This document shows positions 40,249 to 52,260 of a DNA stretch of 64,000 bases, piece by piece; the first letter of the stretch is position 1, and every line of letters begins with the position of its first letter. Under the pieces are notes generated by a model. The model did no database searches, had not been told where the DNA came from, and saw only the letters and a program-made list of their open reading frames with translations. The stretch is from positions 1-64,000 of IMG/VR virus record IMGVR_UViG_3300021400_001287; one strand, 5' to 3'. A program made the position numbers and the translations under genes. Source of the stretch: a virus. Taxonomy: Duplodnaviria; Caudoviricetes.

Positions 40249-41460
40249 ATGGAGTTTACGGATGCTCGATTTGGTAAGTTGCGTGTGGTCGAACGGTACG
40301 GTAAGAAGTGGTTCTTGGCGCACGACGTCATGAAATCGCTTGGTGTGTCGAATCCCTACTTGTTGACTAGTAAGGTCAGCCCCGAGGACAAGACGTATGT
40401 GTATGTGAACGTGACGGCTGGAACGCCCAGGATGATCGGTTTGACTGAGGACGGGCTCAAGACGCTGGTGTATCGCACACATAAAGATGGGCGCGACGAG
40501 TACGCGGCGTGGTTGCGGGATGAAGTGCTCCCGAAGGTGCGCGGATCGGATGCAATGTTGCCCGCGATAAAACAGGTCGACACCGCCCCGGATCGTGTCG
40601 AAGCACCGACCGTCTTCCATAATGATGAGTTCGGGGACTTGCGCACGATCATCATTGATGGTAAGTATTGGTTCGTTAGCAAAGATGTGGCTTTGAGTCT
40701 CGGGTATTCGAATCCGAGAAAAGCCATCATCGATCATGTGGATGCTGAAGACAAAATGGATGGAGTAACGATTCGTGACTCCATGGGCAGAGAACAGAAT
40801 CCCACTTTGATCAATGAATCTGGCATCTACAGTTTGATCCTTTCGAGTAAGCTCCCGAAAGCCAAAGAGTTTAAGCGCTGGGTTACCAACGAAGTTCTCC
40901 CGTCGATCCGCAAACACGGCGTGTACGCCACACCGCAGGTGACCACCGACGATACTATTGAATTGCTCCGCAAAGCGGCTGACCTTCTCGAAGCCCAGTG
41001 TAAACTGACCGGTGAATGGCGCAACAAGAACGCGGAGTTAGTGGCTAAACTCGATGACACAACCTATGACCTCGTGGTTGCAAAAGATGAAGTGCGTCGT
41101 ATGCGCGAACAGTATTACAAAGCGACCGATGAAGTCGAATCTCTTCAGAATCAGATCGAAGCCTATCGCAAAGAATTTTCTCATCGCAAAGAATTCACGT
41201 CCTTCATCAATTCCTGTGTCCGCTCTTTTGTAGGTGCCAGTTGCGGACAGTACATTATGCCTACCGGCTGGAGTGAATATTATCGTCGTCTCACCGATGC
41301 TCTTGGTGATGACGTGCGCAAACGTGGACGCCAGCCGTACATTGACGCTATTACCGACGAAGAACTCCCCATCGCTATGAAAGTTGCGGCGGAGATGGGA
41401 ACCGGCGAGCTGGTTGCCCGTCTCATGAGCGACACCATCCGGAACGCGATCGCCGCGTAA
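40249..41460 (+). CDS. Bro-N domain antirepressor-like protein
   Basis: WFVSKDVALSLGY, INESGIYSLILSSKLPKAKEFKRWVTNEVLPSIRKHG; two Bro-like repeats. Confidence 0.88.
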   Translation: MEFTDARFGKLRVVERYGKKWFLAHDVMKSLGVSNPYLLTSKVSPEDKTYVYVNVTAGTPRMIGLTEDGLKTLVYRTHKDGRDEYAAWLRDEVLPKVRGSDAMLPAIKQVDTAPDRVEAPTVFHNDEFGDLRTIIIDGKYWFVSKDVALSLGYSNPRKAIIDHVDAEDKMDGVTIRDSMGREQNPTLINESGIYSLILSSKLPKAKEFKRWVTNEVLPSIRKHGVYATPQVTTDDTIELLRKAADLLEAQCKLTGEWRNKNAELVAKLDDTTYDLVVAKDEVRRMREQYYKATDEVESLQNQIEAYRKEFSHRKEFTSFINSCVRSFVGASCGQYIMPTGWSEYYRRLTDALGDDVRKRGRQPYIDAITDEELPIAMKVAAEMGTGELVARLMSDTIRNAIAA

Positions 41461-41593
41461 GAGCAATGAAAGGGAGCTGTTGGGACCTCCCAAATCGGTA
41501 AGGCATCACGACTCCCTTTCGTATCGGGGCGGGCACCCCGTCCGCCCCGCGTATTCCCATTTTAGGACCAAATACCATATCGGAGTGTTCAAT

Positions 41594-44500
41594 ATGATCA
41601 AAGATATGAAGGTCGCCCAGTGTGACCTGTGCGGTTGCATTGTCCCTGCGGTGTACGCATACAGCCAGCAGGATGAAGAGAGTTGGTATACGCATCCGAA
41701 AGACTGGCATGTGTCGCCAGCAAATTATCAGATTTTGTTATGCCCGAAGTGCTGGGCGAAGATGGAGGATCAACATGGAAGAGAATAAACGCGAAGAGAT
41801 CGAGCTTGATCCGATCAATATCATCATGGCGATCCCGAAAGAGACTGTGTCGATGGAGCTCATCGTCAAGATCATGCGCGGCAACATGATCCAGACTGTC
41901 GGCAAACAGTACACCATCGGCGACATCCACGACATGCGGCAAGACTTCCTGGATAACGTCGAATTCGGCGACGACTACAAAGCGAGCTATGTGTTGACCG
42001 AGGAAGGCGAACGATATCTGGAGGAACGCGAAAATGACAGAGATCATTAACATGAAGATCCGCAACACGAGCCTTACGATGGCAGATCACGGTGTGCTTA
42101 CATTTTACATATCTCTCGAAGGTGACGGGCACGGTCTTATATACGGTGGCTATATAATCGGCAATGGATACTTGGGCGCGAAAGAATTCCACGGCAGTGT
42201 CAATGGTATTGAGGCACTCATGCGGATCATGGACACAGTCGGTGTCGAACGCTGGGAAGATTTGTCCGGTAAATACGTTCGTGTCGTGCGTGACGGATGG
42301 GGGAGTACGATCTCTAAGATCGGCAACATCATCGAAGACAAATGGTTCGATGCAGAGGAGTTCTTCAGCGATGACCATAACACGTAAAGCTGCCGTCATC
42401 GTGCGGGGCGATGAGATATTGTGTGCGCGTGGATTCGTGCCGATCGAGAAGATATCGACACGAAACAAGATTCGAATATACGATTCCGTGTCGAGAGCTG
42501 AGAGTGCAATAAAGCATGGTTACTTCGATGGTGCAAAAGCGATAGAAGTCATCGAGTCGATCGAAATGCCGGGAGGGACGAGCTGGTGAGCGAATTCAGA
42601 GATGTGTGTCTGGAAATTAAGCATCTATGCGAGACTTCCACATGTAGCGAATGCCCGATGAATGACGCTCAAATTTGCAAACTGCCTCCAAATGCTTGGA
42701 CTGACGTTCTCCTCGATAAAGTAGATGACGTCATGGAAATGCTTCAGAGTTTGCCCACAATTGGGCAATATCTCGAAGAGAGTGGCGTCATCAACTCGGA
42801 CAGTGACGACAGAACGGTAGTGCAGACACTTTATCAAACTAAAGTACCGATGGAGTGGGTAAAATGAAGATTATCTTTCTCGACGTCGACGGCGTGCTGA
42901 ATAATTTATTGTGGGCGAGACGGATGTTTGACGAAGGTGTTAACGTATTCGCTAAAGATATGCTCGAATACCGGGCGATCGAATTGCTCAAACGAATTAT
43001 TGATGCAACCGGAGCCGACGTCGTCATCACGTCGACCTGGCGCATGCGCGCGGTACAAATGACGCATCTTCTCGACCAACTGGCACGCTTCGACATTTAT
43101 CCGATCGCCGTGACGCCCAGACTCAATACGGATCGCGGCGACGAGATATCCGCGTGGATGCAACATTATGACGTCGAGTCATATGTCATCTTGGATGATG
43201 ACTCGGACATGGATGAACACATGGATCATCTGGTGCAGACATCGTTTGAACATGGACTTCAACGCGAACACGTAGAGAGAGCAATAGAGATATTGAATGG
43301 GGTGAATTAACTTGGTGGACAATGAGCTTATTACGAAGGCCGATGTTAAAGCGCTAATTCGCAGTGGAGTGGCAACAGAGACGTATGCCGATCAAGATTA
43401 CGTATGTGCGTTGATCGACGATCTCTTGCCCGTCGACGCCGCGCAGGTGATACATGGACGGTGGATCACAAATGACGATTGTGGTGAATTGGAATGTCCT
43501 ATATGTGGAGGCGTTCAGATCGAACACGGTATGTTCTGCACATGGTGCGGGGCGAAGTGTGACGGAGGTGTTCAAGATGATGATTAAGATTTTTACGAAG
43601 GGCAACGACGGCAAAATTACTATGACACCCGAAGAGCTCAAGAGTTTGCTCGATGAAGCGTATTGGGAAGGATACAGAGCTAATAACCAAACCATCACAT
43701 ACACCACGCCGACCTATCGCCCGTACGTGTGGGATGGATCGACGATCACGTTGAACACGGAAGCAAACAGTACGGTGTTTGTGGGTAACATGGAGAGCTA
43801 ATGATGCAGGACGATGATCTGATCTCGCGGGCGGCGGCTCGGGACATAATAAATACATGGGGAAGACTCGCAACTGAGGACGTCCGCATGGATTTGCTAC
43901 ATCACGACTTGAATGCGCTCCCCGCCGTTGACGCCGTGCCAGTGATCCACGCCCATTGGATCGAATTCTACGAGGACATCATGTGTAGTCATTGCAAAGC
44001 GACGTACTATGATGATATTGTTGACACGTACCACGACCGCGTCGATTATCGCAGATATGTCGGCTTGGAACATTGTCCGCATTGTGGATCCATTATGGAC
44101 GGAGGCGATGAGGATGAGGTTGGTTGACGCCGATGCACGAGTTACGGTTCAGAGTTTCGATATCGAACACGAAGAGTACGAACACACCGAGATGAGCGTC
44201 GAAGAAGCGCTGGATTTTGCAACAGACGAAGGATGCCCTCCGGTTATGGACGCGATCCCGGTCGCTTGGCTGAATAATATAATGATTTTGGCTGAAACAA
44301 GCAATATTCAGCTGTACCATGCGATATATATGGTGACTTCTGAATGGAAACGCTGGAAAGAAGCGGTCGACAAATGGGAGGCCGGGATCAACACGATCAT
44401 GGAAGCGTATGGAGAATAAAGTCATAAACGGGTTGCGGTGTTGCATCGAACATGGAGTGCTTGGCGGTAAGAGTTGTCGTGGACAAAATAATTTGCTTAT

Positions 44501-47500
44501 CGCTGAAGATACGTTTGGGTGCCCGTATAGAGACTGCGATTATTGCGCCGAGGAATTGGCTCGCGACGCATCGGCTTTGATAGAGCAATTGGGTCGTCTG
44601 GTTGAGACGTACTCAAATATGCTGGACTGGTATTCGGAGAGATATGATCGATGAAGAAGATTGAATTGTTCGTCTGTGATCATTGCGGTACGCAGTATGA
44701 TACACAAGAGCAGTGTAAGCTGTGCGAATCGACACATTGCCCGCCGAAAGAGATTAAGCTGTGTCGATACATGCCATACAAGAGCGCCAAGAGATATCCG
44801 ATCATGGTGCAAATTGAGATGTCCGATGGGAAGATGGTGACGTATAAGCGATGACGCGGAGTGAAGTAATTAAAGCGTTGCGGAATTGTGCCGATTGCAG
44901 TGGTTGTAAAGGTTGTGCATTCTATGACTTTAACGACGGACAAGCGCGTTGTGTAATCATGTTGTTGTCGTTGGCAGCTGACATGTTAAGCGAAATACCG
45001 TTGCGTTGCGGTAATTGTACTTGGTATATCGATGGCAAGTGTACGATGCCGCACAGAGATGTCGATTTAAAACCGGATGACTATTGCTCGATGGGGGCGT
45101 GGCACAGTGCGTAAGATTAAAGATTGGCTCATTCACCGTCTCGGCGGATACACGAAAGATGAGCAACTTTGCCGTCCGATACAATTCGTTCGTCGAGAAG
45201 TACCCATTCGGACGTTAAAGGCGCAAGTCATCGTGGGGCAAGATCACGATGGTACCGATCCGGAGATTATGTTGAAACGCAAAATTGCCGATGCAATAAT
45301 GACTGCCGTCCCTTCGCCGATTGCATTCGAGTGCGAATCATATACGGTGAACGGATACTATGTGTATACCGCCACACTTAACGTGTGCATGCCAACGGAG
45401 GAATATAATGACGAGTGCTGAGATCATTAAGCTCCTTGATATTCTGATCGGTCGGGTTGAAGCGACGGGAAATGAAGCCAATGATGAGCAAGTCGAAAAG
45501 AATCTGATGAAGTTAATCGACATCGTTAATGACTGTCTCAACAGTGTGATGTTTGCGGCTGAAACTCGACACAATCTAGGATACAGTGAGCGTCGTATTG
45601 GCGAACGGGCCTTCGCCGCGATGGCAGAGTGGAATGAGTGGCTGAGTGAGCAGGTGAATGGTTAATGAATACATGCATAAAAACACACCGCTGCCACGGC
45701 AGCTTGGCGGCACACGTGTCGGTCCGGTATGTTGAAAACGAATTCAGTAAACAGAAGATGTGGATTATACGGACACCTACGTGCAATTACGCATCTTGGA
45801 TTACATATCTGGACATATCTGGTCCGGACGACATTAAGTATTGCCCGTACTGCGGAGTTGAGTTGAGTGGGGAAGAGATCGGACTACAAGAAGATGGATG
45901 AGATAGCAAATAACGATATCAATGCCGGGTGCCGGAAGATCGTGAACACATCGACACCGGCTAGACGTAGGTTGCGTGATAAATTACGTCGGCAAGCGAG
46001 AGCGCGACTGGAGATATTTGTAGACCAGATTGTATCGTCGGTTGCAGATGAAGACGTAGAGAGCAAAATGGTTACGGCATTTACACCAACGGTTTGTGTT
46101 GAGGTGGTAGAGTATAATGATTGAGCGTGAGAAAGTTATCAATGGGCTGGAGTGCTGCATCAAGCGCAACCCTGACGATAAGACGAGGTGTGGCGAATGT
46201 CCGTATAATGGCGCTTGCCTGAACCGATTGAAAGCGGACGCCCTCGCACTGCTGAAAGAGCAGGATAATACGGTATGTACAAAAGAGCGGTGTCCGATGA
46301 ATGCGAGCACAATTTCCGATGACTGCAATATCGAGACGTGTCCGTGGCGAACAGAAGCCGTTGAACCAAGGTTGTCTATAAGCGGGTTGTGGTACGAGTG
46401 TCCGGTTTGTGGAGGACATTTGTTGGCGTATAAAGATTATAAAGATCATTATTGCTCAGGATGCGGAAAGCGGGTGAAGTGGCGTGACTAACCGCGAAGA
46501 AGCTGTAATCCGGTTGAGAAGTTTCTTGAAAAACAAAGAATACATGGTGTTGGTGCCAAAGACGCTGCTAAGGACCATGTATGACGCGCTGGAACAAGAA
46601 GCGGTGTGTCCTATAACAATTCAGAAAGAAGTTGATTTCAGATCAGAAATTGAATACGTTTCTGCTTGCGGGAATTGCAGACATGAACTTGTACGTTATC
46701 CTAAAAAGTGGAGCTTCTGTCCGGAATGCGGAAGGGCGGTGAAGTGGTGAGCAACGTGAAACTTGTGCGAGAATTGATCCAAAAAACATTTGATTTAGGC
46801 GTATTGACCGCGTCATTGGCTATGGCTGATAGTTCCCATAATGCAGAATGGGTGAAAAGCGGATGTAAGATTAGAGATGAAGCCGGTAGCGAAATTGAAG
46901 AACTCGCCAAGAAGATCGTGTTGAGGATGGTGGTCGATGATGAGTGACTTCGTACGGATCATGCGTGGGTGGACAGCGATGTGTGAAGATGTCGACAGTT
47001 GCTCCGTTTGCCCAATGCGAGACAAATCTGTCTGTCATTGTCATGTGCAACAGCGGACTATGGCAAGAATAGTTGATATTGAACAAGATGTCGAAAGTTG
47101 GCTGAAAGACCACCCGTTGCCTTCGACACCGACTTGGATTAAATGGCTGAGTGAGCATGGCATTATCGACAGCATCGAAGATGGCAATGTGAAGCTGTTG
47201 CCCGTGGCGTACTACCCGATGGACGAAGAGATAGCGGCAAAGTTGGGGGGGGTAGAAAATGGCTGAGTTTCTCATCTGGGGTGCGTTGCTGATCGTCGGT
47301 CATGAGTTGGACCTCCTTGTGAAAGAACTGCGACTGATACGTGAAGATACGATCCGATTGGTCCGCTGGTATGAGGGGGATGAATGCAAATGATCGTGTT
47401 GGACTTCGAGATGCCGAAGAAGTGCGATGATTGCCCGCTGTGCGTTTGCTACTGTCGATGGAGCGGCGATCCGGGCGACGAATTCTGCGGCTGCACCAAG

Positions 47501-48967
47501 GACTCCGTCAATACGCTCTGGGCACGGCAACCTGACTTTTGCCCGATTACAGAATTTGAGCCCCGTATTAAGACGACAATGCCCCTCTAAATTTACCCTA
47601 CCAAGTAGTCGTCCGAGCGGAGAAAACGCAAGCACGGTATTGACAATCATTAAATAGCAATAAAGGATGTGAATGGGTTTGATAAAGCTCGATAACGAGT
47701 ATTTTGTGACAGCGGATACGCGGTCGTTTGTGCTGAATCGGAAGTACAAACCCGAAGCCCCGAAGAAGAGCGACCTGAAGCCGAGAGAGACAACTGAATC
47801 CGTTGTCGGGTATTACAGCAACATCGCCCATTTACTTAACGCGTACCGCAAAGAGCAGATGCTCAAGTGGGTCGCTGGTGAGAAACTGACGCTGGAGCAA
47901 CTGTGTGACAGGATCAACGAGATGGACGCGACGCTCACCAAGAAGCTGGCGAAGTTGCAACAGATGGATCTTGGCGACGATGCGAAACCGAGGAGGCGGG
48001 GTAAGAATGAGAATGCGGAACAGACGGCCTCGTGATGCTTAGTAGCTTTGCGAAGGCAGGTATAACAATAACAATACAACAAACTGGAGGACAAGATTAT
48101 GATCCATGTGAAGAAGACCGAAAACGGCGTGATGGGATTTGGTTCGATCGAAACCAAGGAAGACGTTGAGAAGCTGATCAAGAACCTGGTCGAGATTCTG
48201 AGTTGTGCTGAAGAAGAGCCGGAACCCGAAGTCGAACCTGCTCCCAACGATGATCTGTTCGATGCGCTGGTAGATGCGCTCGGCTGGGGCGAAGACGAAG
48301 AATGCGACTACGATGAGTGCGAGTGCGAGTGTGAAGACGAAGACGCGGACGAAGACGAGCGCGATGGTCTGCCTCACGTCGTGTCTGTCGGCTACACGCA
48401 TGACTCCGACGAAGTGGTGATCATGAACGACCGCGACACCAAGTGGGGTCTTGCGGAAGCGTTTCTGCGTGCTGCCGCGAAAGTGTGGCCTATTGAAGAT
48501 GGGGAAGACGAGAGACTGAAGGGCGCGTTGCTGGAACTGGCGGGTGTTGCCCATGAGCATGTGGACCCCGACGACTGAATTCGACACGGCAACTGAGCCG
48601 TTTGTGTTGCTTGTAGACTGGGGCGGTAGTCTGCGTCTGGTGGAGCGGAAAGCTATTAAGAATGCGACGAAAGCTGGACCGTACTTCATCGGCGTGGACA
48701 CGCCGCCCATCAAACAAGAAATTGTACTGGAGGACAAGAGTCATGACCGAACTTGTACAACAGATCGAGAACCAGTGGATGACCTACAATGCAGCGATAA
48801 TCAACCATTTGCATCCGGACAAGGAGAAGCAGAGGCTGGCGAACATCATGATCAATAATATGACTGATATCCTTGCCGCACTTCGGGCGTACGAACCCGC
48901 GACCGACGTGATCATCACTGGAGATAAAGACGAGCCGCCCCGCAAGACCAGGAAGAAGGCCGACTGA
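41594..48967 (+). other. run of about 25 small hypothetical genes, many with CxxC zinc ribbons
   Basis: overlapping start/stop ORFs, all ending TAA or TGA. Confidence 0.7.
42864..43310 (+). CDS. HAD-family phosphatase (RNA-repair type)
   Basis: IFLDVDGVLN, VITSTWR, RGDEI..W, YVILDD. Confidence 0.8.
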   Translation: MKIIFLDVDGVLNNLLWARRMFDEGVNVFAKDMLEYRAIELLKRIIDATGADVVITSTWRMRAVQMTHLLDQLARFDIYPIAVTPRLNTDRGDEISAWMQHYDVESYVILDDDSDMDEHMDHLVQTSFEHGLQREHVERAIEILNGVN

Positions 48968-49395
48968 TGGCGAGCGTAAAGTTTGAATTGCGGAACGAGG
49001 GCAAAGGATTGCATGAGTGGGATTACGTCCCGCTTTCTGAACCGAGGATCGTGAAGATGTAGATTGAAAATCGCTCTAAGCTCGACCGCACGTACACAAT
49101 GAAGCTGTATGACAGCAGTCCATTGGTCTCTCAAGGTGTAGCTCCGATGTCCGAGCCGGTTACGGTCACATACTTGGACTTGGATCGTCTCATCAGCAAA
49201 TGCGAGCTGACGAAACTGGAGCAGCTCGTCCTGGACTTGTTGATGCGCGGATACACGCGGAGTGATATCCGGGACGACACGAACTTGACAATGGAGACAA
49301 TTGTTTCATTGTTGACCTCGGCAGTTGAGAAAATCGTGGAAATGAACGAGTACGAATGGCACAGAAGTCATAGACAGATACGTCGTGACACATAA
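48967..49395 (+). CDS. sigma region-4-like HTH protein (in-frame TAG at codon 32, 49060-49062)
   Basis: ATG overlaps upstream stop; PRIVKM*IENRSKLD..LTKLEQLVLDLLMRGYTRSDI. Confidence 0.7.
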
Positions 49396-49436
49396 ACCTC
49401 GTTGTCGTTTAATATATATAGGATGAGGGGATTTAG

Positions 49437-50150
49437 ATGGCAAGCACATTGCGCATCGTTGATCTGAATGGAAAAGTCATCAACGTGGTCAAGGGACAAG
49501 ACCAAACATGGCGCGAAGTCGTGTCGAGAGCAAACCTGCCGGCGCGTTTTGAGTTTTGCCTCCGCCATTGGATGAGCGATGATCCCATCGACACGGCGAC
49601 AGAGGAACACATCAAACAATACCTCGATCGTGTCGGGTATCTGCTCATTCAAGACAAGCCAGATTCGACCATTTTGACAGATTACAAAGAGTTGCGCGAT
49701 AAAGTGGCGCTGATCCCTGTGTCTGGGTTGCCCCAGCTAGAGAATTTGTTTTACGGCAGCCTGGACGAAATGACAGATAGCAATGTCGTGCCGGGCAGAG
49801 AGTCGTCCGAGCGGATGACCAAAGTCGAAGCAAAAGTGTATGGCGCGTTGATGCGACCGAAGAAGATCCCGAAGACGATCACGAAGCTGCAAGAGAAGCG
49901 CAAGCGAATTGATCAAATGCGGGCAACTTATCCTGGCGTCGTGACGGAGTTCATTCGTGTCGACACAAATAATGAGTTTGAGTATCATGGTGTGCGGTAT
50001 AAGGTTTCTTGGAAGCAATATGAGCCGAAGGTAGTATGCGGCGATCTGCTGTATGACATGGATCACATCGTGTGCATTATGGCAGATGACGGTGCGCATT
50101 TTTACGACGAAGATTTCGTCGAGGTAACGGATCACGTCTGTGTGGCGTGA
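49437..50150 (+). CDS. hypothetical protein
   Basis: 237-aa ORF with RBS. Confidence 0.75.
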   Translation: MASTLRIVDLNGKVINVVKGQDQTWREVVSRANLPARFEFCLRHWMSDDPIDTATEEHIKQYLDRVGYLLIQDKPDSTILTDYKELRDKVALIPVSGLPQLENLFYGSLDEMTDSNVVPGRESSERMTKVEAKVYGALMRPKKIPKTITKLQEKRKRIDQMRATYPGVVTEFIRVDTNNEFEYHGVRYKVSWKQYEPKVVCGDLLYDMDHIVCIMADDGAHFYDEDFVEVTDHVCVA

Positions 50151-50156
50151 CCCCAA

Positions 50157-50236
50157 CGGGGCGTAGTAGAATTGGCATATACGGGGGACTCTAAATCTCC
50201 GCCGTTTTATGGGTTCGAATCCCATCGCCCCGACCA
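50157..50236 (+). tRNA. amber suppressor tRNA (anticodon CTA), tRNA-Leu-like
   Basis: perfect 7-bp acceptor CGGGGCG/CGCCCCG, GGGGA-CTCTAAA-TCTCC, ATGGG-TTCGAAT-CCCAT, A73-CCA; anticodon at 50191-50193. Confidence 0.93.
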
Positions 50237-50255
50237 AAGGAAGAAGGTGGACGGT

Positions 50256-51392
50256 ATGGACAGGAATGCGGTATTGGCTATTTTGAATAAAGTGACTGGC
50301 GCTTCGGATTAGGACTGGAGCGAGATCGCGGAGCTCTATCATCTCGACATGCACCCGGATACCCTGCGTAAAGCTGGTGCCGGTGTGAAGATGGTGGCTG
50401 ATGCTGGACTATTGGCTGTACCGAACACGGAAAATAAATACCGTGACGAATACATCGCGAAGAAGCAATTCTTCGACCAGCGTCGTGAGTACAACGCGGT
50501 CTTGGCCCGAGAAGCACGGGGAGATCATCTGCTGGAGTGTCTGCGTGAGTCGGCTGAGAAGCTGAATGAGCAGATGCCTTTGCTCAATAAAGGTGGAGCA
50601 TCGACACAGACTTCGACGACGGAGGCTGTGTTGGTGTTGACCGACTGGCATTACGGTATGGTTGCCAACAACGTATGGAACAAATATGACACGAACATCT
50701 GCAAAGAGCGACTGGAAGAGCTTCGACAAAAGGTTGCCTATAAGCTGGCTCTCCATGATGTGACAATACTCCATGTGTTGGTGTTGGGTGACATGGCGAA
50801 CGGTGCTATCCATGTGACGAGTCGTGTCGCGGCTGAAGAGCACGTGGTAGATCAGCTGATGCAGGTCAGCGAACTTATCGCTGAGTTCGTGGATGACTTG
50901 GCCAATCGAGTACAATACACTCAAATCTATTGCACCTACGGCAATCACATGCGGACGGTCCCGAACAAGAAGGACTCTATCCACGCGGACAATATGGAAC
51001 GGATTATTCCGTGGTGGCTGGCACAGCGCTTTAAGACGCGTGACGACGTCGTGGTAGCTGAGACCGGAAAAGACGAGATGCTCCGGGCTGTGGTGTGCGG
51101 CGCTGAAGTTTGCGCGGTGCATGGCGATCTGGATGGTGGCAAAGACGCGGCGCTGGCTCTGAGCCAGATGTACGAGCGGGCTTTCGGTCGGAAGATGCAG
51201 TATCTCTTCACCGGTCACTATCATTCAATGCTCGATACGGAGAACTACGGCATCACGTCGATCCGGGCGGGCGGGATGTGTGGCGTCGATGAGTACGCGA
51301 AGAACGCGCGATTGTTTTCGACACCGTCTCAGACATTGGCAATATTTGATCGTGGCGAGCTGGACGCACTGTATCATATCCGGTTGAGGTGA
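50256..51392 (+). CDS. calcineurin-like metallophosphoesterase (in-frame TAG at codon 19, 50310-50312)
   Basis: SD*DWSEI..HPDTLRK; TDWHYG, LGD, YGNH, VHGD, GHYH. Confidence 0.85.
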
Positions 51393-51396
51393 TAAC

Positions 51397-52260
51397 ATGG
51401 CAAAGAAAAGTCCTGAAAAGATGTGTCTGCGTTGCCATGAGATCAAGCCGTAGGATGAGTTCTATCACAACCGCGGTTGGGCGGAACAGCAGTACGCTGA
51501 TACGGTGTGTCGCGAGTGCGCCAGATCATTGGTGCATTGCAAAGACGACGCTCGTAAATATTGCTGGGATAACAATCGCGTCTGGAATGACAAGATATGG
51601 GACGCCGCCCATAACAAAGCGATGTACATGCTGGCGAACAACAAAGAGTACCTCAGCAAAAATACATCGAAAAAGAGAAAAGACGAAATTGAGCTGGCTT
51701 ATACGTCAACTCAATTTTTTGCTGTCATGAACACCGCGCCGCTGTATCGGTTTGTGGAGAACCGAGACGATGAGTACGATCCGGACTCTGTAGCCGGTAC
51801 GACCCAGGAACTCGGCACCACACGGGATGACGACGAACTGGTCTGGAGCGACGAGTGGAATGGCATGTACAAGAAGCGGGAGCTTCGGTATCTGGATGAT
51901 TATTTCCAACGGTTGCAAGATGAATTCGTCATCGACAACGTAAACCGTGAGGACTACGCCCGACGGGTGGCGAAGGCGTCACTGGAAGCCGATAATAAAT
52001 ACCAGAAGATGCGGCAGGGCACTGGCACAGCGAAAGAGTGGCAGGAAGCTCAGAGCATGTTTGACATGCTGAGCAAGTCAGCGTCGTTTGCTGAGAGCCA
52101 GAGAAAAGAAGTCGCCAACACGTCGACGAACGCGTTGTCCACTATCATCATGGACATCGAACTCAACCACCACAATGAGATGCCCAAGGTGACATTTGAG
52201 AAAGACGACATCGATCTCATACTCAGAGACTTTGGCTTTACCGGGGAGGCTATCGCGTAA
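51397..52260 (+). CDS. Zn-finger protein upstream of TerL, possible terminase small subunit (TAG at codon 19, 51451-51453)
   Basis: CLRCHEIKP*DEFY..CREC zinc finger is complete only with readthrough. Confidence 0.7.

Noticed and set aside
41468-41550. Hairpins after the Bro gene as an ncRNA
   Set aside because: Single copy, explicable as terminator/processing stems.
50157-50236. TAG->Gln (code 15)
   Set aside because: tRNA lacks G73 and the Gln-type D loop seen in the phage's own tRNA-Gln; most TAG contexts are hydrophobic motif positions. A few sites (LWK*GV, DTS*ID) would tolerate Gln and are uninformative.
50157-50236. TAG->Tyr or pyrrolysine
   Set aside because: C1:G72 and the short variable region disfavour bacterial TyrRS; the fold is not tRNA-Pyl-like and no pyl genes are visible; protein contexts fit Leu better. 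Not formally excluded.
50237-50255. HDV-like (theta) ribozyme after the suppressor tRNA
   Set aside because: Only 19 nt containing an RBS separate the CCA from the next ATG.
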